From contig NC_069002.1 of NCBI RefSeq assembly GCF_001194135.2, positions 23,808,633 through 23,872,632 of the forward strand: a DNA stretch of 64,000 nt, in the 5' to 3' direction. The position numbers and the translations under genes were made by a program. Positions within the stretch are counted from its first letter, which is position 1, and the number at the start of each line of letters is the position of its first letter. Positions 52,604 to 64,000 of the stretch are shown one piece after another. The DNA comes from Octopus bimaculoides. Lineage: Eukaryota. A model generated the notes under the pieces. It was given only the letters and a program-made list of their open reading frames with translations. It did no database searches and was not told where the DNA came from.

Positions 52604-54177
52604 TTTCACTTCAACTCCAGCCACAATACTGAGCAGCCCTTACTGTATAACATACAATAAATTAAGTTACAGTCCATGTTTTCCTATCAGAACAAGATGA
52701 ATAATCATCTATAATTGTAATAATATACAAGTAAATGTTTATTGATAGCAACTTCACAAATAACTGCTAATAATGTCTCCCTTAATAGACACTTAATATA
52801 CAAAACATTAGAAATTCATAAGTAGCTGTATGTCGTACTCTTGCATATCTTGCTCCATTTCCTTCACAACTTACAACTGAATGTTATAAGATAATTGAAC
52901 ATTCTGTGAATCTTTATGTCCAATAATGGTTGCAAATATGAATGTGTGACAGATAAATGTCTGAACATTTGCAAAAAATAATGTGTAACAAAAAAAGAAA
53001 GATGTTTTTCCTCACAGTTGTCATGCTTTTAAAATAGAACAAACATTGCACCCAGAGCCTGAGGATTGATTGGAGATGTTGTAAAAATATGCATAACCAC
53101 ATGTCTCCATGGCAAGAAACTACTAGTAGCTCATGTTAATATAGTGTACATTAAATGAAATATAAAGTCTTACAGGTTACAAAGCAACCTTGCTATTGAT
53201 GGTGACATGAATAAAGCACTCTTCAAACCTTGTAAAGTGATGTTGATGGTGGTAGTGGTGGTGGTTGTGGAGATGATGGATGTAGTGGTGGATATCTGGT
53301 CTCTCTGTCAACAAAGAATATTTAAAACTATTTATAAATTCCAACCATGTTTCATGTCAGTATGTCTCTCTGCTAGTGTTAGGGAGAGCATTTGACATGG
53401 TAGCCTAACTTGACAAATCACTTCAAACCATCCAACCCACGCCAGCAGGGGAAATGGACATAACATGATATTGCTGACTGATATATGTACCCATCATCTT
53501 TTTATTCTTTATACTGGCATGGGGTGGATGTTTTGACCAAGTCTAGGACGTTTACCTCACCCCATGAACAATAGCCCCAACAAGGACAATTACCCCTAAG
53601 GACAACAGATGATGATTTAAAACATCTTAATATATTGGAGAGGGGGTAATTAACCAAGGGGAGTAATTATCCTAGGAGATAGATGTCGTCAGTGGGAATT
53701 GTCTTGTTGCAGTTTTGACCAGATCTGACAGTTCCAAGCACTGCATTGTGCTCCATTGTCTGTTTTGGCATGGGTGTATAGTGAAGGCTGGTTATTTTCT
53801 TTGAATTAGACGGAGTTTATTAAAACAAATTTTCTATGGTTAGGTGCCATTCCTGTCATCAACTCTCATCTGTTCCCAAGCAAGGTAATATAATTTAATT
53901 TTAGAATCGGTTCTCACTGTAGATATAGAGCTTTAAATAATTGTTTCCACTGAAGGCACAAGAATTGGTTCTAATAATGTGTAAATACTGGGCTGTAAAA
54001 ACTCTTTTGGATAGAAAAAGTCAATGGCTGCTTGTAGGATTTTTTCCATTTGAAGGAGTTTTTCAACCCAGAGTAGTGGGGTTGATGTAATCAACTTACC
54101 CCTCCCCTCAAAATTAAGAAGAAATTATATATAGCTTTCTGTGCTTTCAGAAACACTGTTCCAGAAAAATAAATATC

Positions 54178-54209
<32 letters not shown>

Positions 54210-54779
54210 CCTCCATCCCTNNNNNNNNNNNNNNNNNNNNNNNNCCTCCCTCCCTCCCTCTCTCTCTCTCTCTCTCTCACTCTCAAGTTTATAAGTTCTT
54301 TTGATATCAATTATAATTCTTACTTTAATGGTGATGGTGATTAATGTCAGTGGTGATGATGATGGATGCTGCAGTGAAGATCTGGTCTCACAGTAAAAGA
54401 AAGATATTTAAAACTGTTTATACATTCCAGTCATGTTTCACATTAGTATGTCTCATTATTCTGATTTTTTGTGACAAGTTACAATATGTAGCAGTGGCTC
54501 TTCTTTTGGTGATGCTATTATATTCTTATTTACTATTTTCACTCCTAGCCTGAAAAATAAAATATTAAGTGTGAAATTTATAAAAATTACTTCTTTTTCT
54601 TTAACCCATCACTAATGTGTGTGTGTGTGAGAGAGAGAATGTGTGTGTGTGTGCGTGTGTGTGTGTGTGTGCTTATGTAGCAATGGGTGTGTGTGTAAGT
54701 GTGTACCTTCTGAAAATATATTCATATCTATGATAATAAAATTGATATTGCGGCCAATATTTCAAACCTGAAAGTTAAT

Positions 54780-54832
<53 letters not shown>

Positions 54833-55006
54833 TACTCACTCACTGTCTGTCCCCCTCTCTCTCTCTTACATACACATGTATATACAAAACATAAATATGA
54901 TGAATTGGTAAATAAATTGTGAATTAAGTTAATCTGATTTCATATTAATTCACAACAAAGGCCTTTGTATTTTTTTTGTCAAAGAGGGGAGTAGAACAAG
55001 TTTTGC

Positions 55007-55058
<52 letters not shown>

Positions 55059-55191
55059 ATAAATAATATAATATATATATGAATGTGTGTGTGTATATGT
55101 ATACCAGGATTTATATGCATATATATGTGTATGTAAATGTACATATGTGAATCTGTGTGTGAGTGTATATATGTGTGCATATATATATATG

Positions 55192-55223
<32 letters not shown>

Positions 55224-57221
55224 NNNNNNNNNNTCTATCTATCTATCTATCTATATATATATATATATATATATATGTATGCACACACACACACACAGCT
55301 ATTTATCTTATGTCTATATTTCTATTTATCTATATCTTTTTATGTTTTTGTGTGTGTGTGTATATATATATAATGCATACATACATATATATATATATAA
55401 CACACACACAGTTATCTATCTCTCTATCTTTCTATCCATGAGTATGTAAATTCTTCTACATTATCTTTCCCAAACATGTTTATATTTCCTCTTTTCTGTC
55501 TGTTTGATCAGTAAGGTTTGTGTTTTGTTTCTTTTAAGAAAACAACAACAGCATAAAACATAAAAATAAAATTAAAAGTTTCTCATAAAATATTGAAGTG
55601 ATATCGGCAATCTCATAAATGTGGGCTTAATATGACAATTGCTTAGAAGAAATGGCACTATAAGAAGCAAATAGTAGAATGAAGACAAAGAGAAATTCTT
55701 CATTCAAAAAAAAAATTTGGATAATGAAATAAAAAAAATCTAAATGTAATAAGCAACGTTTTTTTCACTTCCTCATTTTTATCTATTTTTTTTTATCTCA
55801 TACCCATATCTCCATATATCAATTAGTAGTAGTAGTAGTGACNNNNNNNNNNNNNNNNNNNNNNNNNNNNNNNNNNNNNNNNNNNNNNNNNNNNNNNNNN
55901 NNNNNNNNNNNNNNNNNNNNNNNNNNNNNNNNNNNNNNNNNNCTTGCACAAAACTAATTATGTGTGTAAGTAATTAGCTCTCTTCTCGTATTACTGGCAC
56001 ATATTTCCTCAGTTATGGGAAGAATCATCATCATCATTATCATTTAACGTCCATTTTCTATGCTGGCATGGGTTAGATGTTTGACAGAAGCTGATCAGCT
56101 GGAGAGCTGCACTACACTCCAATTGTCCGTTATGGCATGGTTTCTATGGATGGATGCCCTTCTTTATGCCAACCACTTTACAAAGTTTACTGGGTGCTTT
56201 TCATGTTGCACCAGCGCTGCTACTTTTTACATGGCACCAGCACAGGAGTATTTCATGTGGCACCAGCATGGGTGATTTTTATGTGGCACCAGCACAGGCA
56301 CATTTTAGATAGCACCAGCATGGGTGCTCTTTATGTGATGCCAGCACAGATTTGCTTGTCACTTATTTGACCTTAACCAGTTGAGCATGTCTCTTGGTGG
56401 CTGACGATATGTGCATCTCTGATCATGAGCAGAAGTAGTGGGGGGAGCATCATAGCCATGTGTTGAGAGGAATTCTTTGGGGTTTGAATAATTCACCTTT
56501 GGAAACAAGGGTGTTTCATTCAACATCCTTAAACAACCTTTATTCAGGGACCTTTTAAGTGGGATGGGCTACTCAACCTGGAGAAAATTCTAACTAGGCC
56601 CCACCTGCAAGGTCATGCACTGTTTATCTTAGTATGAGATCACTATGTCATGCACATATGGATTACCTGGTATGCTAAGTATTCTTCCAGCTCACCACCT
56701 TTATGATAATAATAATAATGATGATGATAATCCTTTCTACTAAAAGGCTCAAGGCCAGAAATTTTTGGAGAGAGCTTAAGTCGATTAAATCAATTCCAGT
56801 GTTTCACTGGTAATTAATTTGTCAACCCTGAAAGGATGAAAGGCAAAGTTGACCTCAGCGGAATCTGAAATCAAAAGAACATAAAGACTGATAAAATGCT
56901 GCCAAGCACTTTGCCCAGCATGCTAACAGTTCTGCCAGCTCACCACCCTAATAATAATAGTAATAAAAATAATAATAATAATAATGCCAAGAGCACTCAC
57001 AGAGTGTAAACCTCCACCAAAGCAACACCAACATCCTCTCAACAATTAGCCAGAGTTGATTTTTAAAATGAGAATATCTGAAATAAACTTGACTGCTCTC
57101 AAAAATTAAGTAAAAAAACAGGAAAAATAATCCAGAATCCTTGTTTGCCCTGTGTGCTAACAATTCTGCCAGTTTGCTGCCCTAATAATAATAATAATAT
57201 TAATAATAATAATGATAATGA

Positions 57222-57498
57222 GGTGGTATGTTGTCAACTTAATGTGACAGTCCCATGAAAGGGAATAATACTACTGCTATTTAGCCCTAGTATTCCCTTT
57301 CATATAGGCCTTGTGGCTATAGTAGAAAGGATTATTATTATTACCTCCATCTTAACAAAGGCAGAATTATTGTTTTCAGTTGCATTTGTTTGTTTGCCCA
57401 TGGCCAAGATATCTCAAGAACCATGAAAGGGAATAATAGGGCTAAATAGCATTCTTCCCTTTCATGGGACTGTCACATTAAGTTGACAACATACCACC
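57222..57498. repeat. Foldback/MITE-like element with ~80-bp inverted arms
   Basis: ggtggtatgttgtcaacttaatgtgacagtcccatgaaagggaa is perfectly inverted at the right end. Each arm has an internal atgaaagggaat/attccctttcat palindrome. Confidence 0.85.
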
Positions 57499-57559
57499 AC
57501 TTTATTGTTTTACTACTGTATAAAACTCTCTGAGAGATTTAGAAATGTAATAGGCACCC

Positions 57560-60500
57560 TCTTGCAGACTACCTCGTTGACAAATGACAGGGACCTTCTC
57601 TTTGTGGCTGGTGACTTCAATGGACATGTTGGACAACATTCAGGGGGCTTCCATGGCGTACATGGGGGCTATGGTTTTGGTTCCCGTAATGAGGAGGGAA
57701 CCAGGCTGCTGGAGTTCTGTGATGCAAATGACCTTACAGTTTGCAATACTAACTTCAGGAAACCTGCCTGTCACCTAGTCACTATCGTTCTGGCAGACAC
57801 ACTAGCCAAATTGACTACATCCTTGCCAGGAAAAGGGAAAGATGGCTGCTTATAAATGCCAAAACCTTCCCAGGCGAAGAATGTACCCCGCAACATAGAC
57901 TAATAGTTAGTGACTTCAGGATCAGGGCTAAGTGGTTGCCCAGAAGACGACCAGCATGGAGGAGAAAGGTCTGGAAGCTTAAAGATCCTGCGAATGGACA
58001 GAGATTTAGAGACTTATCATTCAAGGCCTTTGACAAAATAGAAGGGGATACAGCTTCACACGATGTAGAAGACAACTGGAGGTTTCTACGGGACAACCTG
58101 CTGAGGGCCACTGACCAGATCTATGGATGGTGCAAAGTCCACTCTCAACCCAAAATAATGTGGTGATAGAACAATGTTGTTAACAGGGCTATTAGACAAA
58201 AGAAACAGGCTTGGAAGGACTGGAAGAATGGTGGTAGCAGGGAATTGTATCAGACTGCCAGAAGAGAAGCTAGGCAACAGGTTTATTTAGCCAGAGGGGA
58301 AGCAGATAAGAAAAATTTGCCAATGTTCTGCGCCGTGAGGACCAAAGGCTTGAGATATTCCATGTTGCAAGACAGTGTGTGACAGAGAATCGTGATGTCG
58401 TAGGAGAGAAATATGTCTGCATAGATGATGGTACACTTGCACTAAATGAGGCTGCAAAGAGAGAGGTTTGGAGATGTCACTATCAAAGGTTTCCCAATAA
58501 AGAGAATGAATGGGAGAAAGAGAGTCTGCCAAATGTTGACCGAATTGACAGTACCATGGTAGATAAAGCAATTAAGAGTATGAAGACAGGGAAAGCCCCT
58601 GGCCTATCAGGTATCACCGCAGAGATGCTCAAAATATCTGGTAGTGTCGACTATAGCCTAATCACCTGTATTGTTAACCAGGTGATACATGAAGGAGTCA
58701 TACCCAATGACTGGTGTAGCAGCACCATAGTCAACTGCTACAAAGGTAAAAGTGATGCTTTAGATACAAATAATTACAGAGGTATCAAGCTGTTAGATCA
58801 GGTAATGAAAGTCATGGAGAGGGTCATAGCCCAACTACTTAGTCAGTTTAGATGAGATGCAGTTTGGGTTCGTGCCTGGGAAATGCACCACTGACGCTAT
58901 ATTTCTGGTAAGACAGCTGCAGGAGAAATACCTAGCCAAGGATAAACCTCTGTACCTGGCTTTTGTTGACATGGAGAAAGCCTTTGACAGGGTCCCCTGA
59001 TCACTTGTCTGGTGATCAATGAGGAAACTAGGGATAGAAGAATGGTTAGTGAGAGCTGTGTGAGCCATGTACAGGGATGCTGTCAGTAAGGTGAGGGTTG
59101 GCAATGAGTACAGTGAAGAATTCCGGGTGGAGGTAGGATTCTGCCAAGGTTCAGTCCTCAGCCCCCTCCAATTTATCATAGTCCACCAGGCAATAACACA
59201 GGAATTCAAGACAGGATGCCCCTGGGAGCTCCTCTATGCTGATGACCTTGCACTAATTGCTGAGTCACTATCAGAACTAAATGAGAAGTTTCAGGTTGGA
59301 AGCAAGGACAAGAGTCGAAAGGCCTTAGAGTCAACCTAGCTAAAACCAAAGTCCTAATAAGTAGGAAGGTAGACAAAACACAAACACCTTCAGGTAGATG
59401 GCTCTGCTCTATCTGTAGAAAAAGGCGTAGGTAGAAACTCCATAAGATGTACCCAGTGTAAGCTATGGACACATAAGAGGTGCAGCAATATCAAAGGACG
59501 GCTAACTAGTAAGATAGTTTTTGTATGTGGCAGATGTTCAGGAGCAATAAACACTGAGAATGTGCAGAAAACAACCTTTACCACATTCCAGGGAGAAAAA
59601 CTAGAAGTAGTTGATAGCTTCCATTACTTAGGTGACCAAGTCAGTAGTGGGGGAGGATGCACTGAATGTGTAGCTGCTAGAATAAGAATAACCTGGGCAA
59701 AGTTCAGAGAGCTCTTACCTCTGCTGGTGACAAAGGGCCTATTGCTCAGAGTAAAAGGCAGACTGTATGATGCACATGTATGAACAGCCATACTTCATGG
59801 CAGTGAAACATGGGCCATGACTGTTGAAGACATGCGTAGTCTCGCAAGGAATGAAGCCAGTATGCTCCGATGGATGTGTAATGTCAGTGTGCATACTCGA
59901 CAGAGTGTAAGTACCTTGAGAGGAAAGTTGAACCTAAGAAGCATCAGTTGTGGTGTGCAAGAGAGACGATTGCACTGGTATGGTCATGTGGCGAAAATGG
60001 ATGACTTGTGACTGAGACTTTCCGAAATATGCTGTGCGTGAGAAGACCCGGCAAGCCAAGTGAGACCATAATCCGAGGCCTCTGCTAGGGTTGTAGCCAG
60101 CCCACTTATGCATACCTTTTCTTCATTGGATATTAAACTCTGTTTGCGAAGACCTGTTGGGGCAAGTGAAATCGAAATCGTGATGGCACCTGTGCCAGTG
60201 GAGCGCTAAGAGTACTGTCCGAGCGTGATCATTGCCAGAGCAGCTGTCTGGCTTCCATGTCAGTGGTACGTAAATAGCACCATTTGAGCGTGATCGTTAC
60301 CAGCGTCGCCTTACTGATACTTGTGCCGGTGGCAAGTGAAAAAACATTCAAGCGAGGTTGTTGCCAGTGCCGCTGGACTGGCTCCTGTGCAGGTGGCACA
60401 TAAAATACACCATTTTGAGTGTGGACATTGCCAGTACTGCCTGACTGGCCTTTGTGCCGGTGGCACGTAAAAGCACCCACTACACTCTTGGAGTGGTTGG

Positions 60501-60645
60501 CATTAGGAAGAACATCCAGCAGTAGAAACTCTGCCAAATCAGATTGGAGCCTGGTGTAGCCACCTGGTCCACCAGTCCTCAGTCAAATCGTCCAACCCAT
60601 GCTAGCATGGAAGGCAGACGTTAAACGATGATGATGATGATGATG
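57560..60645 (+). mobile_element. RTE-clade LINE, large part of APE-RT ORF plus 3' UTR, frameshifted
   Basis: VAGDFNGHVG, RNEEGTRLLEFC, MKTGKAPG, NYRGIKLL, LAFVDMEKAFDRVP, QGSVLSP, LLYADDLAL and WYGHVA. The UTR carries tandem repeats and ends in (ATG)n. Confidence 0.95.
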
Positions 60646-61103
60646 AATGTTTTCAAATTTGGCATAATGCCAGCAATTTCAGTGGGTGGGGTAAATCAAT
60701 CACATCCACCCCGGTGCTTGACTGGTTCTTATTTTATCTCCCCTTAAAAGATGAACGGCAAAGCCGACCTTGGCAGAATTTGAAATCAGAACATAAAGAA
60801 GACAAAATGCCACAAAGCATTTTGCCCACTGTGCTAATAATTTTACCAGCTCGTCACCTTAATAGTAATAACAATTAATATCTTTCAGTTATATTTCGTT
60901 TGGTGATGTAATCTGGTTTTATTGGTTTTTCGTTTTTACTTTTAATTGCCAAACAAACAAAAAAATTTTTTTTTTACTGAGGTAGAGTAATTTTACCAAT
61001 TATTTAATTAACAAATCTAATTATCAGCATGAAATGTTTCTTTCTTCTTCATTGTTTTCTTTATGAGCTCCTTTGATCTCTTTCTTTCTTTCCTTTCCTA
61101 CCA

Positions 61104-61155
<52 letters not shown>

Positions 61156-62111
61156 GTTTCCTTCAATTCCTTGAGAAGAAAATCAGACAATGAATTCCTC
61201 AAATAAACAAAACAATGAAACTATATCAAATCTTTTTAATATCATATTTATTGTTTTGTTATCATAATCATCATTGTCACCAATATTATCAATAGACCAT
61301 CACACGTTTTTCTCTCTTTCTCTCCCTCTTCCCTTTTGTCTGGAGGAATCTATCCAACTCTTTGAAAATGTGCAGTTATGGTATTCCACACTCCCATAAA
61401 AGGTAACCTCTCCCACTACACCAACTACTATCTTTTTGCTCTTAATTCTAACATTTCAAACGTGAAACAGTTTTAAAGAATCACCTCTATCATCATCACT
61501 ACCATCACCATCATCACCATAAATACTTATTCATCAAACAGCATCTTTGACCCCCACCCCATGTTTTCTTTCTCCATTGCTTGAACAATCACTTCTGTTA
61601 TTATCGTCATCATAAATTTCTATCGTTTTGACAGTGGTCTTGTCCAGCCCAACCGCCAGTATGTCTTCTTTACCATAGCCAGAACTCACACCTTCATCAT
61701 CATCACCATGATGAATCTCTATTCCTCATCACTAACCTCTGCACCCTGCCTGCCCCCAGCAATATATTTTCCGCTGTAGAATTATATCTACTATAGAATC
61801 TCTCTTATACATCACCCACTAGAGGCCATGTCACTCATCTTTGACAATTTTGGTGACAGCAGCATTGTTAAAAAGACTTTATCCCCCATGGCCATAAGTT
61901 CAAACCTTAGTGTAGCCATTGCATTATTACAGTCACCGACAAAAGTTTTTTCAAAAATTAAAATTGTTCAGACATTTGCAACGTAGGGATATACTTACTG
62001 AATAACTGATCCAATAACTCAATACCTACAAGAAAAATTCTCGGACCTTTGTTCCAGACTTTTGACCAAATAGTAATATATTGCAAATTAAATATAACTT
62101 TGAGTGTTTAA

Positions 62112-62332
62112 CCCTTTCATTACTGTATTTATTTTGAGATGCTTTGTGTTTGTTTTAATTACTTTAAATATAACAAAGAATTTAGTAAAATAACTTAGCT
62201 TTTATTCAGCTCGTGTTAGGAACATAGATTTTGACTAAGGTTCGGTGGAAGATTTTAATTCAAAACTTATAAAAGCAAGACATTTGTACTACAGAGCCAG
62301 AGCTGGTTTCAGCCGGGTTGGTAACGAAAGGG
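62112..62332. mobile_element. piggyBac-type MITE
   Basis: TTAA TSDs at 62108-11 and 62333-36, with 12-bp TIRs CCCTTTCATTAC and CCCTTTCGTTAC. Confidence 0.85.
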
Positions 62333-62494
62333 TTAATATAAAGATTCTAATTTTCAGACTAATGTTCCAAATCTTTTGGCCACAACTGTATAGCCTTGGG
62401 GAAGGGAGGTAAATCTCTTTGCCTCATCTTGTTTGAGAGAACAAGTTTGTTTCTTGTGTTTCAATAGTTGGGTGAAGAAAGAATATCTAAATAG

Positions 62495-62640
62495 GTGCAG
62501 GTGTGGCTGTGTGGGTAAGAAGTATGCTTCCCAACCATGTGGTCTTGGGTTCAGTCTCATTGTGTGGCATCTCAAGCAAGAGTCTTTTTCTATCGCCCAG
62601 GGTTGACCAAGGCCTTGTAAGTGGATGTTGTAGGCAGAAA
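62495..62640 (+). mobile_element. SINE family A
   Basis: ggtgtggctgtgtgggtaagaagt...ggttcagtctc...gccttgtaagtggat. Confidence 0.8.
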
Positions 62641-62670
62641 CTGTGTGTATATGTGTGTGTGTTTATACAT

Positions 62671-62714
<44 letters not shown>

Positions 62715-63389
62715 CGAGGAAGAGATGTGTGTGCGAGTTGTGTTTGGTTGTGAAGTGGTGTTGAGGAGTCAGCGTTTGTTCACATTCCTTTAACTTAGTG
62801 GTTTGGCAATAGAGAGTGATAGAATAAGTCTCAGATTTCAAAAACATAAGTACTCAAGTTGAGGTGTTTGACTGAACCCTTCAAAGTGGTGCCCCGGCAT
62901 GGCCACAGTCCAATGACTGAAACCAATAAAAAGCAAAAAGGTGAAATGAAATTAATGCAGAAAGACTCAGAGAAAGAAGGGGCAGTGCCCAGGGTCTTTT
63001 TCCAGGAAGAATAGGAAATATTTTCAGACCAGAGAACTGGTCTGAATGTTCACAACAAAGTGGACACTACAAAAGGGATCTAAGAGCCAGATTATGGTAT
63101 TAAAGCTGGCTTAAGACTAAATCTCATTACTTGATAACCCTCAGCTATTTATGTTTCTATTGCACTTCCAGGTACCCTAAACCATCTACTTACAATGTTG
63201 AATTTCTTTTTATTGTATGAATGGTTGGATCTCTGTCATTTGGCTATAAGGATTCAGTTGTTTGATCTAATGAATTATCTCCCTTTGAATTAACATGTTG
63301 AGTAGGGTTGAATAGGTTAACATGTTGAGCAGGGCTGAATTAACATGTTAAATACAGGTTGAGTATTCCATAGACATGTGGATCCTTAT

Positions 63390-63602
63390 CCCTTTAGCAT
63401 TCAGATTACTCTGTCAAGCATAATGCTTATTTATTAAAATTGGTTTGAATTAATCATACATTATCTCATAGCTTTGAGATTTGTGATTCTATATTTTTAG
63501 ATCGGCATTGTATGGTAAGTGTAAGAGGCCATATCTGGCCAGTTTGAACGTAAAATGTGCAGAATATTTGGGCCGGATATGGCTGGTTTAAATGCTAAAG
63601 GG
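63390..63602. mobile_element. piggyBac-type MITE, second family
   Basis: Perfect 12-bp TIRs CCCTTTAGCATT and aatgctaaaggg. Right flank is TTAA, left flank TTAT. Confidence 0.8.
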
Positions 63603-64000
63603 TTAAAGTAATTCTCAGATAGAATCATTATGTTGTGAAACAATGGTAACAAGACTGTACGCTTTGAATTATTGTACAGTCCACTTGTCAGGCTTCCATA
63701 TAGTTTCTGTTTACTCATTTTCAGTCACAAAGTATGGGTTGATCCAGGGCTATATAAAATGACATTTGCTCAAGATGCCACATGATGGAATCAAAACTGG
63801 TACCGCATGGTTGTAAAGCTAATTTCTTAACTATTTGGCCATACTGCACCTCCTCAATTGTTCGTTCCAACATTAATTAGATCTTACTGTGTCTAATTTT
63901 TCTGTTATAACATTAAATAGATTTACTTACAAAGTCTAATTTCTTTTTTATTAGAACATTAAATAGATTTATTTTATGTTGCAATAGAAAGAAATTAGAC

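Noticed and set aside
5065-55449. Long ORFs in the supplied track rich in X, YI, CV, HT, poly-L or poly-N
   Set aside because: They are translations of N-gaps and microsatellites, not genes.

Overview
AT-rich, microsatellite-saturated animal genomic DNA with many N-gaps. The SINE families and (TA)n/(CA)n/(TAA)n load suggest an octopus, probably O. bimaculoides (inference). Only one host coding exon is recognisable: a 71-nt exon at 14336-14406 (+) encoding GDYTRTGERKLSGLMKDGVNSAN-R, which matches the Sac domain of INPP5F/Sac2, so much of the window is probably intronic. The rest is mostly decayed transposons: Penelope-like elements (RT and GIY-YIG), RTE, CR1 and R4/Dong-type LINEs, mariner, IS630/Tc1, piggyBac remnants, MITEs, tRNA-derived SINEs and minisatellites. 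The most interesting signal is a cluster of hammerhead-ribozyme (HHR) elements at about 18.1-22.0 kb. One family is a palindromic (foldback) element made of two head-to-head tRNA-like Pol III heads, each followed by a tail carrying a minimal Penelope-type HHR. One copy has two intact cores, a compensatory stem II change and a 14-bp target-site duplication. A second family is a 361-bp monomer with 40-nt terminal redundancy and two HHR-like motifs, resembling a retrozyme or a Penelope pLTR. Most supplied ORFs are microsatellite or N-gap artefacts. TE boundaries are approximate unless TIRs or TSDs are quoted.
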